From assembly GCA_938006875.1 (NCBI GenBank), contig CALLMJ010000090.1, positions 1-61,994 of the forward strand: DNA of 61,994 nt. Direction: 5' to 3'. Under the pieces are notes generated by a model, which saw only the letters and a list, made by a program, of their open reading frames with translations, was not told where the DNA came from and did no database searches. The translations under genes and the position numbers were made by a program. The stretch is from an uncultured Bacteroidia bacterium (GTDB lineage: Bacteria > Bacteroidota > Bacteroidia > J057 > CALLMJ01). Below, piece by piece: positions 48,544 through 57,754 of this stretch. The first letter of the stretch is position 1. Each line of letters opens with the position of its first letter.

Positions 48544-49578
48544 ATGAACCCTAATGCCCGAAAGCTTTTGATTAGATTAGTTATTTCTTTTTTGATTTTT
48601 TGTAGTAGTTTTGCTATGGGCACTTTGGGATTTATGTATTTTGAAAATTATGATGCTTGGGATGCCTTTTATATGACTGTTATCACAATTTCCACGGTAG
48701 GTTATGGCGAAGTAAAACCTCCATCTTTTGAAGGAAAAATTTTTGTATCATTTTACATTATTTACAATATCTTTGTATTAGCATATTCATTATCAGCATT
48801 AGGTGCTTACATATTTGAAGGCGAACTAAAAAAAATATTAAGTTCTTATACTCATTCAAGAAAAATTAAAAATATGAAAAATCATATCATTGTTTGTGGT
48901 TTTGGTAGATATGGGCGTTCAGTTTGTCAAGAATTATCACATGAAAAAAATCATTTTGTGGTTGTTGATAGCGACATAAATAAAATTCAAGATGCAGAAA
49001 GATTAGGTTATTCTGTTGTTGAAGGGAGTGCAATAGATGATAAAATATTAATTCAAGCAGGAATAAGATCCGCTACTAAATTAATTTGTTGCTTACCTAA
49101 AGGTCCAGATAATGTTTATATTACTTTAACTGCCCGTGAAATTAATCCTCATATAAAAGTTATTGCCAGAGCAGAAGAAGAAACCGATGAAAAAAAATTA
49201 TTTATTGCAGGAGCCAATCATGTTGTAAAGCCTAATTCGGTAAGTGCAATGATTATTGCTAGGTTAGTTAATTCTCCTGAATTAGTAGGTTTTATTCAAT
49301 TAATTATGGGACTTTCTCAAACCGAAACAACTCTTAAAACTATCAATTTTTTGGATTTAAAAGACGAATTTAAAAATAAATCCATTGGAGAATTGAACAT
49401 TAACCAAAAAACGGGTGTTACAATTATTGGTCTTTTTGATAAAATTCAAGAAAAGTATATTGTCAATCCCAATTCTAGTACAATTATTCACGAGGATTTA
49501 ACCTTAATTGCTATGGGAAATCAAGAACAAATTCAAAATTTATACAAAACTTATTGTAAATCTTACTTAAACTCATAA
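48544..49578 (+). CDS. potassium channel with RCK/TrkA domains
   Basis: 344 aa. Selectivity filter TVGYGE, a TrkA-N Rossmann fold (IIVCGFGRYGRSV), and a TrkA-C domain. Confidence 0.85.
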   Translation: MNPNARKLLIRLVISFLIFCSSFAMGTLGFMYFENYDAWDAFYMTVITISTVGYGEVKPPSFEGKIFVSFYIIYNIFVLAYSLSALGAYIFEGELKKILSSYTHSRKIKNMKNHIIVCGFGRYGRSVCQELSHEKNHFVVVDSDINKIQDAERLGYSVVEGSAIDDKILIQAGIRSATKLICCLPKGPDNVYITLTAREINPHIKVIARAEEETDEKKLFIAGANHVVKPNSVSAMIIARLVNSPELVGFIQLIMGLSQTETTLKTINFLDLKDEFKNKSIGELNINQKTGVTIIGLFDKIQEKYIVNPNSSTIIHEDLTLIAMGNQEQIQNLYKTYCKSYLNS

Positions 49579-49583
49579 ATACT

Positions 49584-49790
49584 ATGACCATCAAAATAAA
49601 CGGTAAATTACAAGAAATTCCAGAAACTTTTACTCTTTTAGAACTATTAAAAGAATTTGAAATTCATGAAAACACGGAAGGTGTTGCAGTTGCTGTTGAT
49701 GAAGAGTTAATACTCAAATGTAATTGGAAATCCTTTATATTAACAGATGGGAATTCAGTAGAAATAGTATGGGCAAGGCAGGGAGGTTGA
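49584..49790 (+). CDS. thiS: ThiS/MoaD-type beta-grasp sulfur-carrier protein
   Basis: 68 aa. I.INGK......T..ELL pattern and a C-terminal ...RQGG-stop diglycine. Confidence 0.72.
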   Translation: MTIKINGKLQEIPETFTLLELLKEFEIHENTEGVAVAVDEELILKCNWKSFILTDGNSVEIVWARQGG

Positions 49791-49807
49791 TGATGGTTTT
49801 CTATCAA

Positions 49808-50818
49808 TTACTCAAACAAATTAGGTTTATTAAGAAAAGGTTTGTTGAGGTGTTGATAGGCTAAAGTAGTGGCTTCGCGTCCTCGGGGAGTTCTTTTAAT
49901 TAATCCTTGCATAATCAAGAAAGGTTCATAAACTTCTTCAATGGTTTCAGGATCTTCCCCGCAAGCGGTTGCAATAGTGGTTAATCCCACAGGACCCCCT
50001 TCAAATTTGTCTATGATGGTATTTAAAATTTTGATGTCCATTTGGTCTAAACCCATAGAATCCACTTCTAATGATTTTAAAGCAAATAAAGTAATTTCCA
50101 TATCAATTTTACCTGAACCCTTGATTTCCGCAAAATCTCTTACTCTTCTTAATAACCTGTTGGCAATTCTGGGCGTACCTCTACTTCTGACGGCAATTTC
50201 ATAAGCCGCATTTTCTTCCATAGGAACATTTAAAACTTTTGCAGAGCGAATAATAATTTTTTGTAGATATTCAGGGGTATAGTACTGTAAACGAGCTTGA
50301 ATACCAAACCTAGCTAATAAAGGAGCTGTCAAAAGACCTGTTCTAGTGGTTGCACCCACTAATGTAAAAGGATTAATAGCAATTTGAATGCTTCTTGCGT
50401 TTGGTCCAGATTCAACCATAATATCTATATGAAAATCTTCCATAGCAGAATATAAATACTCTTCTACTACTGGACTTAAACGATGGATTTCATCAATAAA
50501 AAGAACATCAAAAGGCTCTAAATTGGTTAATAAACCCGCTAAATCAGCAGGTTTTTCTAAAATAGGTCCTGAAGTTGTATGAATGCTCACACCCAGTTCA
50601 TTGGCAATGATGTAAGATAAAGTAGTTTTTCCTAAACCCGGAGGTCCATGCAAAATTACGTGGTCTAATGCTTGTTTACGCTTTTTTGCGGCTTTTACAA
50701 ATACTTCTAAATTGTCCCTTAATGCATCTTGACCCGAAAAATCTTTAAAAGTTTTGGGTCTTAATACAATTTCTTCATTATCAGTTTGTTGAGCATCTAA
50801 ATTTTCATTCCTTGCCAT
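49808..50818 (-). CDS. ruvB: Holliday junction branch-migration ATPase RuvB
   Basis: 336 aa. [39 protein letters not shown]. Confidence 0.96.
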   Translation of the reverse strand: MARNENLDAQQTDNEEIVLRPKTFKDFSGQDALRDNLEVFVKAAKKRKQALDHVILHGPPGLGKTTLSYIIANELGVSIHTTSGPILEKPADLAGLLTNLEPFDVLFIDEIHRLSPVVEEYLYSAMEDFHIDIMVESGPNARSIQIAINPFTLVGATTRTGLLTAPLLARFGIQARLQYYTPEYLQKIIIRSAKVLNVPMEENAAYEIAVRSRGTPRIANRLLRRVRDFAEIKGSGKIDMEITLFALKSLEVDSMGLDQMDIKILNTIIDKFEGGPVGLTTIATACGEDPETIEEVYEPFLIMQGLIKRTPRGREATTLAYQHLNKPFLNKPNLFE

Positions 50819-50819
50819 A

Positions 50820-52247
50820 CTAAACCTTGTTCCAACCCTTTTTTACGTTTTCAGTAATGAAATCTTGATAAATCTGATATATTTGATTTTTATCATTAGA
50901 AACTTTTACTTCAATATCTAATTCTCCTGATTTCCGCCCAGGACTGAAATCCGTATAAGTTGCTACATAAGCAGGATAAATCCCTGATTCCTCTTTGTTT
51001 GTTTTCCATAATAAAAATTTACGAACTGCTTTCAAACCTTTAGTTTCTTTCACATAAACTTCTCGTTTTAAAAGTTCAGATTTACCTAATTTTAAATTTC
51101 TCTTTTCTAAAGATGGCAGTTCAATAAAATCTGTAATTTGGGATAACCTTAAATCTGTAGGATTTACTGATTTATCATTTCTAATCCTTTCAAAAACAGG
51201 ACTGATAACACTAAAAGCCGGAATTCTTCCTAACATCTGATAACCATGGGTTTCATCAAATTGTAAAACAGGTTTAAAGATGTAAGGGTCTTCTTGAGTT
51301 TCAGTAATTACATCTAAAAAACCCAATTCAATAACAATTTCAGGTTTAACAAATTGAATAGCTACACCCGATTTTGCGGGTTCAATATATTCAGATTCAA
51401 CATGTTTAGATTTCAAAGTTTCATAAAACCATTTACGGGTATCAGTAGCAAAACCGGTTCCTACTTTCGCAAAAGGTAAAAAACTACCGTCTTCTTGCAT
51501 GAAAGCAACCAGTAAATCACGAATTTCATTTTCTACTTTATCTGATTCTGCATAACCAATAACCACTGCATCAACAGTATGGTAAGGTTTGATTTTATAA
51601 GCAAAATTTTCTGCAGCTCGAATTACTAAACCTTCATTACCTTCTTGGTTTACCCATTCATCAAAATATTTTTCAAATTCATTCCTTGACTCAACTTTTT
51701 CATGCTTAGGTACATTGACATATTTTCCTTCTCCAAAAATTTCTTTTAATTGACTGAAAAGAACTTCCACACGTTCAAAATATTTTTTATCTTCAAATTG
51801 ATAAATATCGTAAACCGAAACTCTCACTTTCTCTAAGTCTTTTTCGGATTCTGGGGAATCTAAAATTTTAGTTACATCAAATGAACGGGGTCTAGAAGAA
51901 TCTATATAAACTTCACAAGCAAAATATGCTTTTTTGATTTTATTTTTTATTAAAAGTTGCTCAATTTCCTTTAAAACAGGTAAACCTAAACGTATTTTTC
52001 CACGAGGATTGATTAAAAAACATTGGTTATCTTCCCAAAATAACATATAAAAATGTCCATCTATTTTTTGGGTAACATAATAATATTCAGAACTTAAAAC
52101 GTTTTGAATATCTTTAATCAAAATTGAACGATATTTAGAGGCAATATTCTTTTTGTAGTTAAAAGTAATTTTGGAATATTCGTTATTCTCTAAAATTCCG
52201 AATTGATAGTCTCCAAAGCTATTAGTTAGTGATTTTATATCCATCAT
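50820..52247 (-). CDS. minimal ATP-dependent DNA ligase (NTase + OB) with ~115-aa C-terminal extension
   Basis: 475 aa. Motif I KIDG (K61), motif III FACEVY, motif IV EGLVIR, motif [18 protein letters not shown]-domain KVGTGF, and motif [10 protein letters not shown]. No N-terminal DNA-binding domain. The stop lies 1 nt from the ruvB ATG. Confidence 0.82.
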   Translation of the reverse strand: MMDIKSLTNSFGDYQFGILENNEYSKITFNYKKNIASKYRSILIKDIQNVLSSEYYYVTQKIDGHFYMLFWEDNQCFLINPRGKIRLGLPVLKEIEQLLIKNKIKKAYFACEVYIDSSRPRSFDVTKILDSPESEKDLEKVRVSVYDIYQFEDKKYFERVEVLFSQLKEIFGEGKYVNVPKHEKVESRNEFEKYFDEWVNQEGNEGLVIRAAENFAYKIKPYHTVDAVVIGYAESDKVENEIRDLLVAFMQEDGSFLPFAKVGTGFATDTRKWFYETLKSKHVESEYIEPAKSGVAIQFVKPEIVIELGFLDVITETQEDPYIFKPVLQFDETHGYQMLGRIPAFSVISPVFERIRNDKSVNPTDLRLSQITDFIELPSLEKRNLKLGKSELLKREVYVKETKGLKAVRKFLLWKTNKEESGIYPAYVATYTDFSPGRKSGELDIEVKVSNDKNQIYQIYQDFITENVKKGWNKV

Positions 52248-52947
52248 GGTTTTCTAAGCCTTTAAGTTCAATATTAGATAAATGCAAAATTAAGATATAT
52301 TTATCATCTTGGATACGACCTTCTAAAAAACCTCTGTAAGGTTTACCATTATTAGACAAAATGAGCGGAGCACCTTTAGCATCTGCACCTATTAACATTA
52401 GGGAATTCTTTTCGTGTAATTGTTTTGCCATATCATAAAGAAAATCATAGGTTAAACCGCTTGTATGTTTTAATTGATACTTTCTTACAAAAATAAATTT
52501 TTTTATGGCTTCTGATTTAGGGATATATTTCCCAGTCCAAATCAAAGGTTTACCTTCCACAGAAATATTTGCGAATACATCTTCTGGGATTTTTTCTTCA
52601 GTGGGTTCATTTTTAGGATTATATTTAATTTCACGAATAGTTACATGGTGTACAATTTTTTGTTCAGAATTGACTAAAACCTTGGAAGTATGTTTTAAAA
52701 AACGACCTGTCATTTCTAAGTTAATTTCAGGGTCATTATGAATTAATGCTTCTGCTAAAGCATTTTCTTCCCCATATTTTTCTTTGAGAATCGGTAAAGA
52801 TTCTTTATTAGTAAATTTGATAACTTTATAAGTATAAGTTTTTTGTTTATCGGGGGTTAAATATTGCCAATTTCTTTTTTTAGTCGTAAAATCTAATTTG
52901 ACAAAACTATCTCGTTTTTTTTCGTTAGAGATATTAATATTTCGCAT
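52222..52947 (-). CDS. hypothetical protein, first gene of the ligase-ruvB operon
   Basis: 241-aa ORF with ATG at 52947, 17 nt after a TATATTTG box. It overlaps the ligase start by 26 nt. No motif recognised. Confidence 0.65.
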   Translation of the reverse strand: MRNINISNEKKRDSFVKLDFTTKKRNWQYLTPDKQKTYTYKVIKFTNKESLPILKEKYGEENALAEALIHNDPEINLEMTGRFLKHTSKVLVNSEQKIVHHVTIREIKYNPKNEPTEEKIPEDVFANISVEGKPLIWTGKYIPKSEAIKKFIFVRKYQLKHTSGLTYDFLYDMAKQLHEKNSLMLIGADAKGAPLILSNNGKPYRGFLEGRIQDDKYILILHLSNIELKGLENHDGYKITN

Positions 52948-52964
52948 ACTTTGTATTGAATACG

Positions 52965-52972
52965 CAAATATA
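52965..52972 (-). promoter_or_regulatory. -7 box (TAnnTTTG) of the unknown-ligase-ruvB operon
   Basis: TATATTTG on the minus strand, 17 nt before the ATG at 52947 and directly after the upstream terminator. Confidence 0.5.
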
Positions 52973-52996
52973 AAAAAAGAGAGATTAAACTCTCCC
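52971..52996 (-). terminator. intrinsic terminator of the 53033-53920 gene
   Basis: The minus strand reads GGGAGAG-TTTAAT-CTCTCTT followed by TTTTTA. It sits immediately upstream of the -7 box of the ligase operon. Confidence 0.6.
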
Positions 52997-53032
52997 TTTT
53001 CATGAACTCATATGGAAAAATATTTACAAAAA

Positions 53033-53920
53033 TTATTGTTTTACTTGCAAAACTACCATGCTTCTATCTTGGAGTTTAATGGTTTGTCCATTGGTTGCAC
53101 CCATTAATCCTTGAAAAACTAAGCGATAATAGTAAGTTCCAGGAGTTAAATTCAAATCAGGAAAAACTATAGTAGTAGTGGAGATGCCCGAACCTAAATT
53201 AGGAGATGTTAGTGAATTACCACTTGCAATAGCATCTTCAACCTTATATAAATTGACAGCATTCGTAGCAAAATTATCGGTAGAGCGTTGTAACCAAACC
53301 GCATATCTTACAGCTGGCGATAAAGTAGAATTATTAGTGGTTTTTACAGTAATATTGCCAAGAATCACCACTCCACTATTATTTGTACCGCTACCGTCTT
53401 CAATAGTTACCGATACATTACTTCCATTAATTACTTCGGAAAGCCCTATAGTCATTGGTAAATCTTGAAAGTAACTCATATCACAAACTGCGCAAGCTTG
53501 TGTCTGATTACCACCTGTTAAGTATCCAGGTAGCCAATTAGAGGAAGCAGTAGCAGAACCAGATGCAGGTACAGTAGCCAAAGTAGCATTGGCATCATCT
53601 GTTACACTAGAACCCACTGAAACTGCGTTCCCTTGAACACTTTGATTTACAAAGTCCCCTTCAAATAGAATTCTACCTCCACTTACTTGTAACCGGTTTA
53701 TTCCAGGATTCACTGTTCCTATTCCTACATTTCCTTCTATAATTGCACCACTGGTAGGTGCCGCTGTGCCACTATAATTTTCTCCCACCGTTAAGTTCCC
53801 TAAAATATCTAACTTACTTGCGGGATTTACCTGACCTATACCCACATTTTGAGCTTTCAAAATAATGACATTAAAACAAATTGAAACTATAAAATAGTAA
53901 AATTGTAAATTTCTTTTCAT
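53033..53920 (-). CDS. secreted hypothetical protein with N-terminal NVGIG..NP..KL.V repeats
   Basis: 295 aa with a signal peptide. Two copies of the (Q)NVGIG.VNP...(K/R)L.(I/V) motif, which is common at the N-termini of Bacteroidota fibre-like surface proteins. Confidence 0.65.
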   Translation of the reverse strand: MKRNLQFYYFIVSICFNVIILKAQNVGIGQVNPASKLDILGNLTVGENYSGTAAPTSGAIIEGNVGIGTVNPGINRLQVSGGRILFEGDFVNQSVQGNAVSVGSSVTDDANATLATVPASGSATASSNWLPGYLTGGNQTQACAVCDMSYFQDLPMTIGLSEVINGSNVSVTIEDGSGTNNSGVVILGNITVKTTNNSTLSPAVRYAVWLQRSTDNFATNAVNLYKVEDAIASGNSLTSPNLGSGISTTTIVFPDLNLTPGTYYYRLVFQGLMGATNGQTIKLQDRSMVVLQVKQ

Positions 53921-54213
53921 AAAAAATAAAAATTATTTACAATATTAGCAATATAATCAAATTTTAGTTTATTCATTTAGAAAAATTAACAATAACAATA
54001 AAATTTTATCAGTAAGAAATAAATACATAAATTTTATAAAATTATTTTTTTAAAAAAATAAATTTTAAAATAAAATAATTTTACAAAAATAATTTTGCAA
54101 ATTTTATCATTAAAAAGAATAAAATATTTACAATAAAATTTTTATTCTTTTTAAGAAGTAGACTTTATTTTGTTTGTAAACCTAATTTTAAAACCAATTT
54201 GCTTGTAAAAAAA

Positions 54214-54606
54214 CTACTTCTGAACTGCTAGTACCATTTTGATTTTTAACTTCAAACCAATTTGTAAAACATCCACTAAATCTTGAACATTGAGTTCATT
54301 ATCTGCTCTTACAATTACGGTAGGAGTTTCTAAACCCTCAATAATTTTTTGTAATTCAGATTCTAAATTTTCTTTTTCAACTTCGTGTTTATTAATGAAA
54401 TATTTTTTTTCTTTGGTTACGGAAATAGAAATTTGTTGTTTGCTTAAAGCCTGCGTGGTTTGAGCTTTAGGGAGCATTAACTTAATAACATTAGGATTAG
54501 CTACTGTAGAGATAATCAAAAAAAACAGTAGTAAAAAAAACATAATATCATTTAAAGAAGAAGTGCTAACTTCCGAATGAAATTTAGGTCTTTTACGAAT
54601 TTTCAT
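54214..54606 (-). CDS. exbD: biopolymer transporter ExbD/TolR
   Basis: Single N-terminal TM (SLNDIMFFLLLFFLI) and a periplasmic domain. The track start at 54612 is a TTG, so I use the ATG at 54606. Confidence 0.85.
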   Translation of the reverse strand: MKIRKRPKFHSEVSTSSLNDIMFFLLLFFLIISTVANPNVIKLMLPKAQTTQALSKQQISISVTKEKKYFINKHEVEKENLESELQKIIEGLETPTVIVRADNELNVQDLVDVLQIGLKLKIKMVLAVQK

Positions 54607-54617
54607 AATCAAAAAGA

Positions 54618-55280
54618 TTATTGAGGTTCACTTAAAAAAGTAAGTAATTCATAAGCATCTGACTCCATTTTCAAAGCAAACCTATCTACTTTCATAGAAA
54701 GTAAATGGTAACCTGTATAAGCAATAATACCTACCACTAAACCCGCAAGAGAAGTAATCATTTTTTCGTACAACCCACCTGCAATAATGCCAATGGAAAT
54801 ATTATCAGATAAAGAAATTTCATAGAAAATACGAATAATTCCTGTAATTGTTCCTACAAATCCTAACATGGGAGCTACGCCGGCAATAATTCCTAAATAA
54901 CTTAAATTGAGGGTCATTTTTGTTACAATAATATTTGCAACGGATTCTACGCTACTTTCAATTTCAGACAAAGAATTTCCCATTCGGTTTAATGCGGCTT
55001 CATAAATTCTTGCGGTAGCACTTTTTCTGGATCGGCATACTTCTAATGCAGATTTTATATTACCATCTCTTAGATAAGTTTTAATGGTACCTAATAAATC
55101 AGGTTCTGGTTGAGCTATTTTTTGAATAAATTGATAACGCTCGATGTAAATATAAATTGTTGCCAATAATAAAAAGACAATAGGAATTAATATAATACCG
55201 CCTTTCATTATCAATTCAAATAATGTAAGCTGTTTTGTTACTACTTCTTCAGTAGTTTGTTGTATCTGTAACCAAATCAT
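54618..55280 (-). CDS. exbB: MotA/TolQ/ExbB proton-channel protein
   Basis: 220 aa with 3 TM helices. Family-typical GI.G.APMLGF.GT..G motif. Confidence 0.85.
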   Translation of the reverse strand: MIWLQIQQTTEEVVTKQLTLFELIMKGGIILIPIVFLLLATIYIYIERYQFIQKIAQPEPDLLGTIKTYLRDGNIKSALEVCRSRKSATARIYEAALNRMGNSLSEIESSVESVANIIVTKMTLNLSYLGIIAGVAPMLGFVGTITGIIRIFYEISLSDNISIGIIAGGLYEKMITSLAGLVVGIIAYTGYHLLSMKVDRFALKMESDAYELLTFLSEPQ

Positions 55281-55299
55281 TATATTCTTAAAAAACGTT

Positions 55300-55307
55300 C
55301 AAAATTA
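55300..55307 (-). promoter_or_regulatory. -7 box (TAnnTTTG)
   Basis: TAATTTTG on the minus strand, 19 nt before the exbB ATG at 55280. Confidence 0.45.
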
Positions 55308-55566
55308 GAACGAAGTAAAAAACTATTCCAATAAAATTATCCTTGCAGCATTTAACGATATTTATGAAAATGTGGATAGTTTTTTAAATAGGATTATTCC
55401 TTATTAAGTAAAAATCAGAAATCAGAAATCAAATTATTTTCTTATACACACAATTTCATAGCATCACAATTAAAAGAATTTCAACTATTTCTATTCAAAC
55501 TAAAATATTATTTCAACTTTAATTATAATTTTTTTAAAAAGTCAAATTTTATAAGCAGAAAAGCCA

Positions 55567-55574
55567 TACATTTG
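55567..55574 (+). promoter_or_regulatory. -7 box (TAnnTTTG)
   Basis: TACATTTG, 15 nt before the ATG at 55590. Confidence 0.45.
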
Positions 55575-55589
55575 TATTTATAATTTTCA

Positions 55590-56672
55590 ATGATAAATAA
55601 AATCCCAAAGTTTAAGAATACACAAAAAAGTGACTTCTCAACCGTTTTAAAGCAAAGAGTTCATCAATATTTTACAGATAACAAGATTAACCCCAATGCT
55701 AATTTCAAGATGTATCTCAAGACAATTTTTTTATTAACACTTTGGTTTACATTTTATTACTTAATAATTTCAAATTCATTGGGATATCCATTAACTTATT
55801 TAGTATGGGCCGCTATGGGATTTACTATAGCCCTTGTAACCATGAATATTGGTCATGATGCGGTTCATGGTGCTTATACCAAAAACCCTTATTTGAATTT
55901 TTTGTTAGAACAGACTTTTAATTTGAATGGAGCCAGTGCTTATATGTGGAAATCTATGCATAATATTGCTCATCATACTTATACCAATATTCATGGTTAT
56001 GACGAAGATATTTCTCCAATTCCTGTTATTCGTCTTTCACCAAGTGCTGAACTCAAACCAATTCATAAATATCAATATATATATGCATTTTTTTTCTATT
56101 TTCTTGGGACTTTTACATGGGTTTTTATTAAAGATTATATAAAGTTTTTTAAAAATAAAGTAGGAAATTATACTCAAAAGCAACATCCCCAGTCTGAATT
56201 TTTCTTCCTATTTTTTTACAAATTTATTTACTATGGTTTGTTTATTATTATTCCTATAATTTTTACGGAACAACCCTGGTACTTAACATTTTTAGGTTTT
56301 GCAATTATGCATTTAGTATCTGGATTTTATTTAGCTATTGTATTTATGTTGGCTCATGCAGTAGATGAAGTATCATTCCCAAAAGTTGCAGAATCTGGAA
56401 ATATTGAAACCGATTGGTTTACACACCAATTATACACAACAGCTAATTTTGCGGCGGGTTGTCCAATAACAGCCTTTTTTACAGGTGGTTTAAATCAACA
56501 AGTTGAACATCATCTTTTTCCAAATGTTTGTAGTATTCACTATCCCAAGCTTGCTAAAATTGTAGAATCAACAGCTAATGAATACAATATTCCTTACCAA
56601 AACGCAAAATCTTTTTTACAAGCGTTAAATTCTCATATAGTATTTTTGAAGAAAATGGGCAAAGAATTGTAA
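55590..56672 (+). CDS. membrane fatty-acid desaturase (front-end/delta-6-like His-box pattern)
   Basis: 360 aa. His boxes HDAVH, HNIAHH and QVEHHLFP. The Q-type third box is the front-end/delta-6-like feature. Confidence 0.85.
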   Translation: MINKIPKFKNTQKSDFSTVLKQRVHQYFTDNKINPNANFKMYLKTIFLLTLWFTFYYLIISNSLGYPLTYLVWAAMGFTIALVTMNIGHDAVHGAYTKNPYLNFLLEQTFNLNGASAYMWKSMHNIAHHTYTNIHGYDEDISPIPVIRLSPSAELKPIHKYQYIYAFFFYFLGTFTWVFIKDYIKFFKNKVGNYTQKQHPQSEFFFLFFYKFIYYGLFIIIPIIFTEQPWYLTFLGFAIMHLVSGFYLAIVFMLAHAVDEVSFPKVAESGNIETDWFTHQLYTTANFAAGCPITAFFTGGLNQQVEHHLFPNVCSIHYPKLAKIVESTANEYNIPYQNAKSFLQALNSHIVFLKKMGKEL

Positions 56673-56687
56673 ATGAAGTACGAAAAT

Positions 56688-56728
56688 ACTTTTCTACATT
56701 TTTTTGTTTACAAAAGATGTAGAAAAGT
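56688..56728. terminator. long palindromic hairpin between convergent desaturase and GlgA-like genes
   Basis: ACTTTTCTACAT...ATGTAGAAAAGT with inner TTTTGT/ACAAAA pairing. The flanking U runs are poor. Confidence 0.45.
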
Positions 56729-56818
56729 AAACTAAAAAAAGTAATCTAACTCGCTAAATTAAGTAGCTTTTAACGAAACAAGTAACTAATAAAATATTTT
56801 TTAAAGGAATGCTTAAAA

Positions 56819-57622
56819 TTAATTTAAAATTCTGCGATATAAATCTATATGAGACTCAATAAAATTGGGCAGTTCAGCATCAAAATAAGCAGCTTCACCG
56901 TTGGGATATGAACCTTTTGTTTGTTCAGCGGCAGGGTCGCCAAGGATTACTGCATCAGCCATAGATAAACATCTTTGGTGAAATTCCGAAAAAGAGGGTT
57001 GTTGCATTTGCTCTAACAATTCTTTAGGAACACCTTCTAATTTTACTTTATCGGTAAAATTTTCTGACATTTTGATGTTACCTGTATCATTGTTATAAAT
57101 AGTATAAACAATTTTACTTTCTTTAAAAACAGGATCATCCTTATAATGGGTTTTAATATAAAGAGGGATCAAAGAAGCCATCCAATCATGACAATGAATA
57201 ATATTAGGGGACCAATTTAATTTTTTGATAGTTTCTAAAATACCTTTGCAGAAGAAAATCGCTCTTTCATCGTTATCGCTAAAATATTCATCTTCTTCAT
57301 TTTTAAAAATGCACTTCCTTTTAAAATAATCCTCGTTGTCAAGGAAATAAACTTGCAATCTTGCATTAGGAATAGAAGCCACTTTTATGGTTAAAGGTTT
57401 TTCTTCACTTCCTACTTTTATGTTAATTCCTGATAATTTAATGACTTCATGAAGGCGATTTTTTCTTTCATTAATTACTCCAAATTTAGGCATAAATATT
57501 CTAATTTCATGACCTTTTTTTTGGAGCCCTTGTGGTAACATTGAAATGACATCAGCGGCGGATGTAATTTTTAGAAACGGATCAATTTCGTTGGTAACAA
57601 TGAGAATTTTTAATTTATCCAT
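56819..57622 (-). CDS. glycogen/starch-synthase N-terminal-domain-only protein (Glyco_transf_5-like)
   Basis: 267 aa. KILIVTNEIDPF.K....ADV...LP..L..KGHE and HCHDW patterns resemble GlgA. The C-terminal GT-B half is absent, and KTGGL is replaced by KITSA. Confidence 0.78.
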   Translation of the reverse strand: MDKLKILIVTNEIDPFLKITSAADVISMLPQGLQKKGHEIRIFMPKFGVINERKNRLHEVIKLSGINIKVGSEEKPLTIKVASIPNARLQVYFLDNEDYFKRKCIFKNEEDEYFSDNDERAIFFCKGILETIKKLNWSPNIIHCHDWMASLIPLYIKTHYKDDPVFKESKIVYTIYNNDTGNIKMSENFTDKVKLEGVPKELLEQMQQPSFSEFHQRCLSMADAVILGDPAAEQTKGSYPNGEAAYFDAELPNFIESHIDLYRRILN

Positions 57623-57656
57623 GGTGCGTATGATGTTGATTTTTTCTTTTAGACCA

Positions 57657-57664
57657 CAAAATTA
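57657..57664 (-). promoter_or_regulatory. -7 box (TAnnTTTG)
   Basis: TAATTTTG on the minus strand, 34 nt before the ATG at 57622. Confidence 0.35.
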
Positions 57665-57754
57665 ACAAATTTTATTGTCAAAATCAAATTTAATTTTTTT
57701 AAATTGCCACCGTTTTTATAGTTTTAAATACAACTTATTAAAAATCAATTTTTT

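Noticed and set aside
55337-55434. DnaA-box-like TGTGGATAG (55371-55379), partial TTATCC (55337-55342) and ATCAGAA x3 (55414-55434) near AT-rich DNA, which raised the question of oriC.
   Set aside because: There is only one 8/9 box, with no cluster and no dnaA, dnaN or gidA context. Single near-matches are expected by chance in AT-rich DNA, and the 7-mer tandem is trivial.
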